Assembly: GCA_038845975.1 (NCBI GenBank)
Contig: JAWBQF010000005.1
Coordinates: 1-64,000 of the forward strand
From: Candidatus Methanomethylicia archaeon
GTDB taxonomy: Archaea > Thermoproteota > Methanomethylicia > CALHIW01
Length of the DNA stretch: 64,000 nucleotides
Reading direction: 5' to 3'
Of the stretch, positions 62,155 to 64,000 are shown in pieces. Both the position numbers and the translations under genes were made by a program. Below the pieces are notes generated by a model. The model searched no databases, was not told the DNA's origin, and saw only the letters and a list, made by a program, of their open reading frames with translations. Position 1 is the first letter of the stretch. The number at the start of each line of letters is the position of its first letter.

Positions 62155-62973
62155 TTATCTTGTAGTATATATTATTGGTAAACCTAGTATTTGAGCGGTT
62201 AATGCTACGATTAATGGTATAAACAAATTATCCTCAATACTGCATACTTCTGTTAATGTTGCAATTAGCGAAGTTATAAATGAAGCTAATAGATCCACTC
62301 CTAAAACTATTAATATAATGTAGTACACTATAAATCCAGCAATAGATCCCTCAATAGATCTATTCATAAACGGTATTAAATGCTTCCCATATTTTTTACC
62401 TATAACTGTCGACATGGAGTCTACGGTCATAAGTGCTAATATACCGTAAAAAACATGGTCTCCAAATAGAAAATATGAAATTGTTGTACCAAGTACGCCA
62501 TAGGTTAAACCTATATATCCCCCAATCTTCTCATATCTTCGTTCAATTCTAGATAGCTGTACATCAATTAAGTCTTCAATTCTCCTAATAACATCATCAA
62601 CATCATCTAGAATCTGCAATATAGGCTTCCCTAATGGTATAATTCTAAGAATCTCATCAAATAATGCTTTCCTACCTGTTCTCATAGCCTTCTTAATATC
62701 TGTTCTTAACAATGGTTTCTTAAGCTGTAAAACATTTAATGTTAAAACCGTTATGCTTAGTATTGAGTAAAGCATTGAAGCGTTAATGTATACCATAGCC
62801 TGAAACTTCTCTCCTAGAATATAAGGTGAAATAAGAATTACTGAAAGCAATACATGGATGAGTTTCCTTAACGCTACCGGGATGAAATTCTTATTTGCAT
62901 CCTCCACTCTATCTACCGTAGCTGTTATAGTAATGCAGCTATATAACTCTAAGCTATTTAGCATCAACTCCAC
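62155..62973 (-). CDS. Dolichol/phytol kinase-type (CTP-transferase family) membrane protein
   Basis: RKLIH, D..ST.IGKKYG, RSIEGS, EDNL.IP. Confidence 0.8.
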   Translation of the reverse strand: MELMLNSLELYSCITITATVDRVEDANKNFIPVALRKLIHVLLSVILISPYILGEKFQAMVYINASMLYSILSITVLTLNVLQLKKPLLRTDIKKAMRTGRKALFDEILRIIPLGKPILQILDDVDDVIRRIEDLIDVQLSRIERRYEKIGGYIGLTYGVLGTTISYFLFGDHVFYGILALMTVDSMSTVIGKKYGKHLIPFMNRSIEGSIAGFIVYYIILIVLGVDLLASFITSLIATLTEVCSIEDNLFIPLIVALTAQILGLPIIYTTR

Positions 62974-62999
62974 CTGCTCTTGGCATTGGATGTATTAAA

Positions 63000-63671
63000 A
63001 TGAATTCTGGGAAAGCTACTTGTTTATCTTTAGCTACACTTGAAATTTTGAATAAACACAGATTCAGATTCTCGAATATGTTAATTAACGTAAAGTTGAC
63101 AACACTAATTGAAGCTGCATTACTTTACAGCATTGCAAAAAGAGTTGTAGGTGCATTTCTTTCCATAACTCTCATAAGAATCAGATATGGTATTGGAGAA
63201 GAGAAATTTAAAGGATTTGTAAATGTGCTAAGAGTGGTTGAAGAGAGAGTCTTTAAAGCTGCTGGCAACAAAGTTCTGGTTCTTGAAACAAGTGTTAATG
63301 ATATTAGTGGAGAAACTATTAGTTATGTAATCACTAAGTTGTTTAAAGAAGGAGCCATAGATGTTTTCATTATTTAGGCTATTGGAAAAAGGAATCAACC
63401 AGTATAATATCTGTAGTATTTGACTATGAAAATCATGAAACCCCCGAAAACTTTAATTGAGGAAAAAGGACTGTTAGAAATCAGGATTTATGAAGTGCAA
63501 AGACTTGTTGCTGAAAGAAAAAAGAGTATAGATGTGGATAAGACGGAAAGTATCAGCTCACAATTAAAATCAAGAATTAGCAATAAAATCATTAATGTGA
63601 AGCCTAAATATGAAGATCTTAAAATTCCACTAGGAGTTGTTTTATGTAAGGTAGGAAGCATATTGGAATGA
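63000..63671 (+). pseudogene. larC: Nickel-pincer cofactor Ni-insertase LarC pseudogene
   Basis: LTTLIEAALL, GIG......NVLRV, VLETSVNDISGE..SYV..LF.EGAIDVF*, then GKRNQP and NVKPKYEDL. Internal stop and frameshifts; N-terminus missing. Confidence 0.75.
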
Positions 63672-64000
63672 AGCTTAGCGTTGAGAATGTATTTATCTAG
63701 TGGAAACTTAGTATGATTAAATAGACATTTATGTAGCGTCCTAATCTGGCAGACTTCACATGAACTGGTTAAATCCGCTCATAAACTCGTGCTGAAGCAA
63801 ACAGAGGAGAAAATATAGGCTTTTTAGTGAATTCAAAAACATAGTAAAAAGAATTTTTATTGTCTGAACAGTTATTTTCTCATTACTTTACCAAACTCTA
63901 CTTGAAAACCATGTTTAATAATGAATAGTATTGATGGATTTTAAGAAGAAGTTTCTTGTAGTTTAGTTATCTTTCTGTTGCTCTACTAGTTTCTATCCTT

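Noticed and set aside
1-64000. CRISPR arrays, rRNA, tRNA and selenocysteine recoding
   Set aside because: No regularly spaced repeats, no GC-rich structured RNA blocks, and TGA interruptions occur only in multiply broken pseudogenes.

Overview
AT-rich archaeal chromosome segment, probably from an anaerobic TACK-type archaeon (inferred from gene families and TATA/BRE promoters; the lineage cannot be fixed from this window). It is dominated by C1 metabolism. It holds a complete five-subunit ACDS (CODH/ACS) operon cdhABC-DE with an unannotated 44-aa micro-ORF between cdhC and cdhD, and a corrinoid protein-mtmB-mtaB operon whose MtmB has His at the pyrrolysine position. It also holds a second UroD/MtaA-family methyltransferase plus corrinoid pair and a separate cooT-X-cooC nickel-insertion cluster. 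Other intact genes: M20 peptidase, YbaK deacylase, a Mo/W-bisPGD oxidoreductase with ferredoxin, Sir2, radical SAM, two Tat-signal proteins (cyclase and DUF362), an SdhA/NadB-like flavoprotein with an altered active site, and Liv-type and BMP-type ABC transporters. Intergenic stretches, especially 7.5-37 kb, are full of pseudogenes, decayed IS6/IS5 elements, ~60-bp MITEs with 8-bp target duplications, and one exact 274-bp copy of part of a host gene inside an inverted-repeat-bounded segment. No rRNA, tRNA, CRISPR array or mcr gene was seen. All calls are by eye from motifs; no database search was run.
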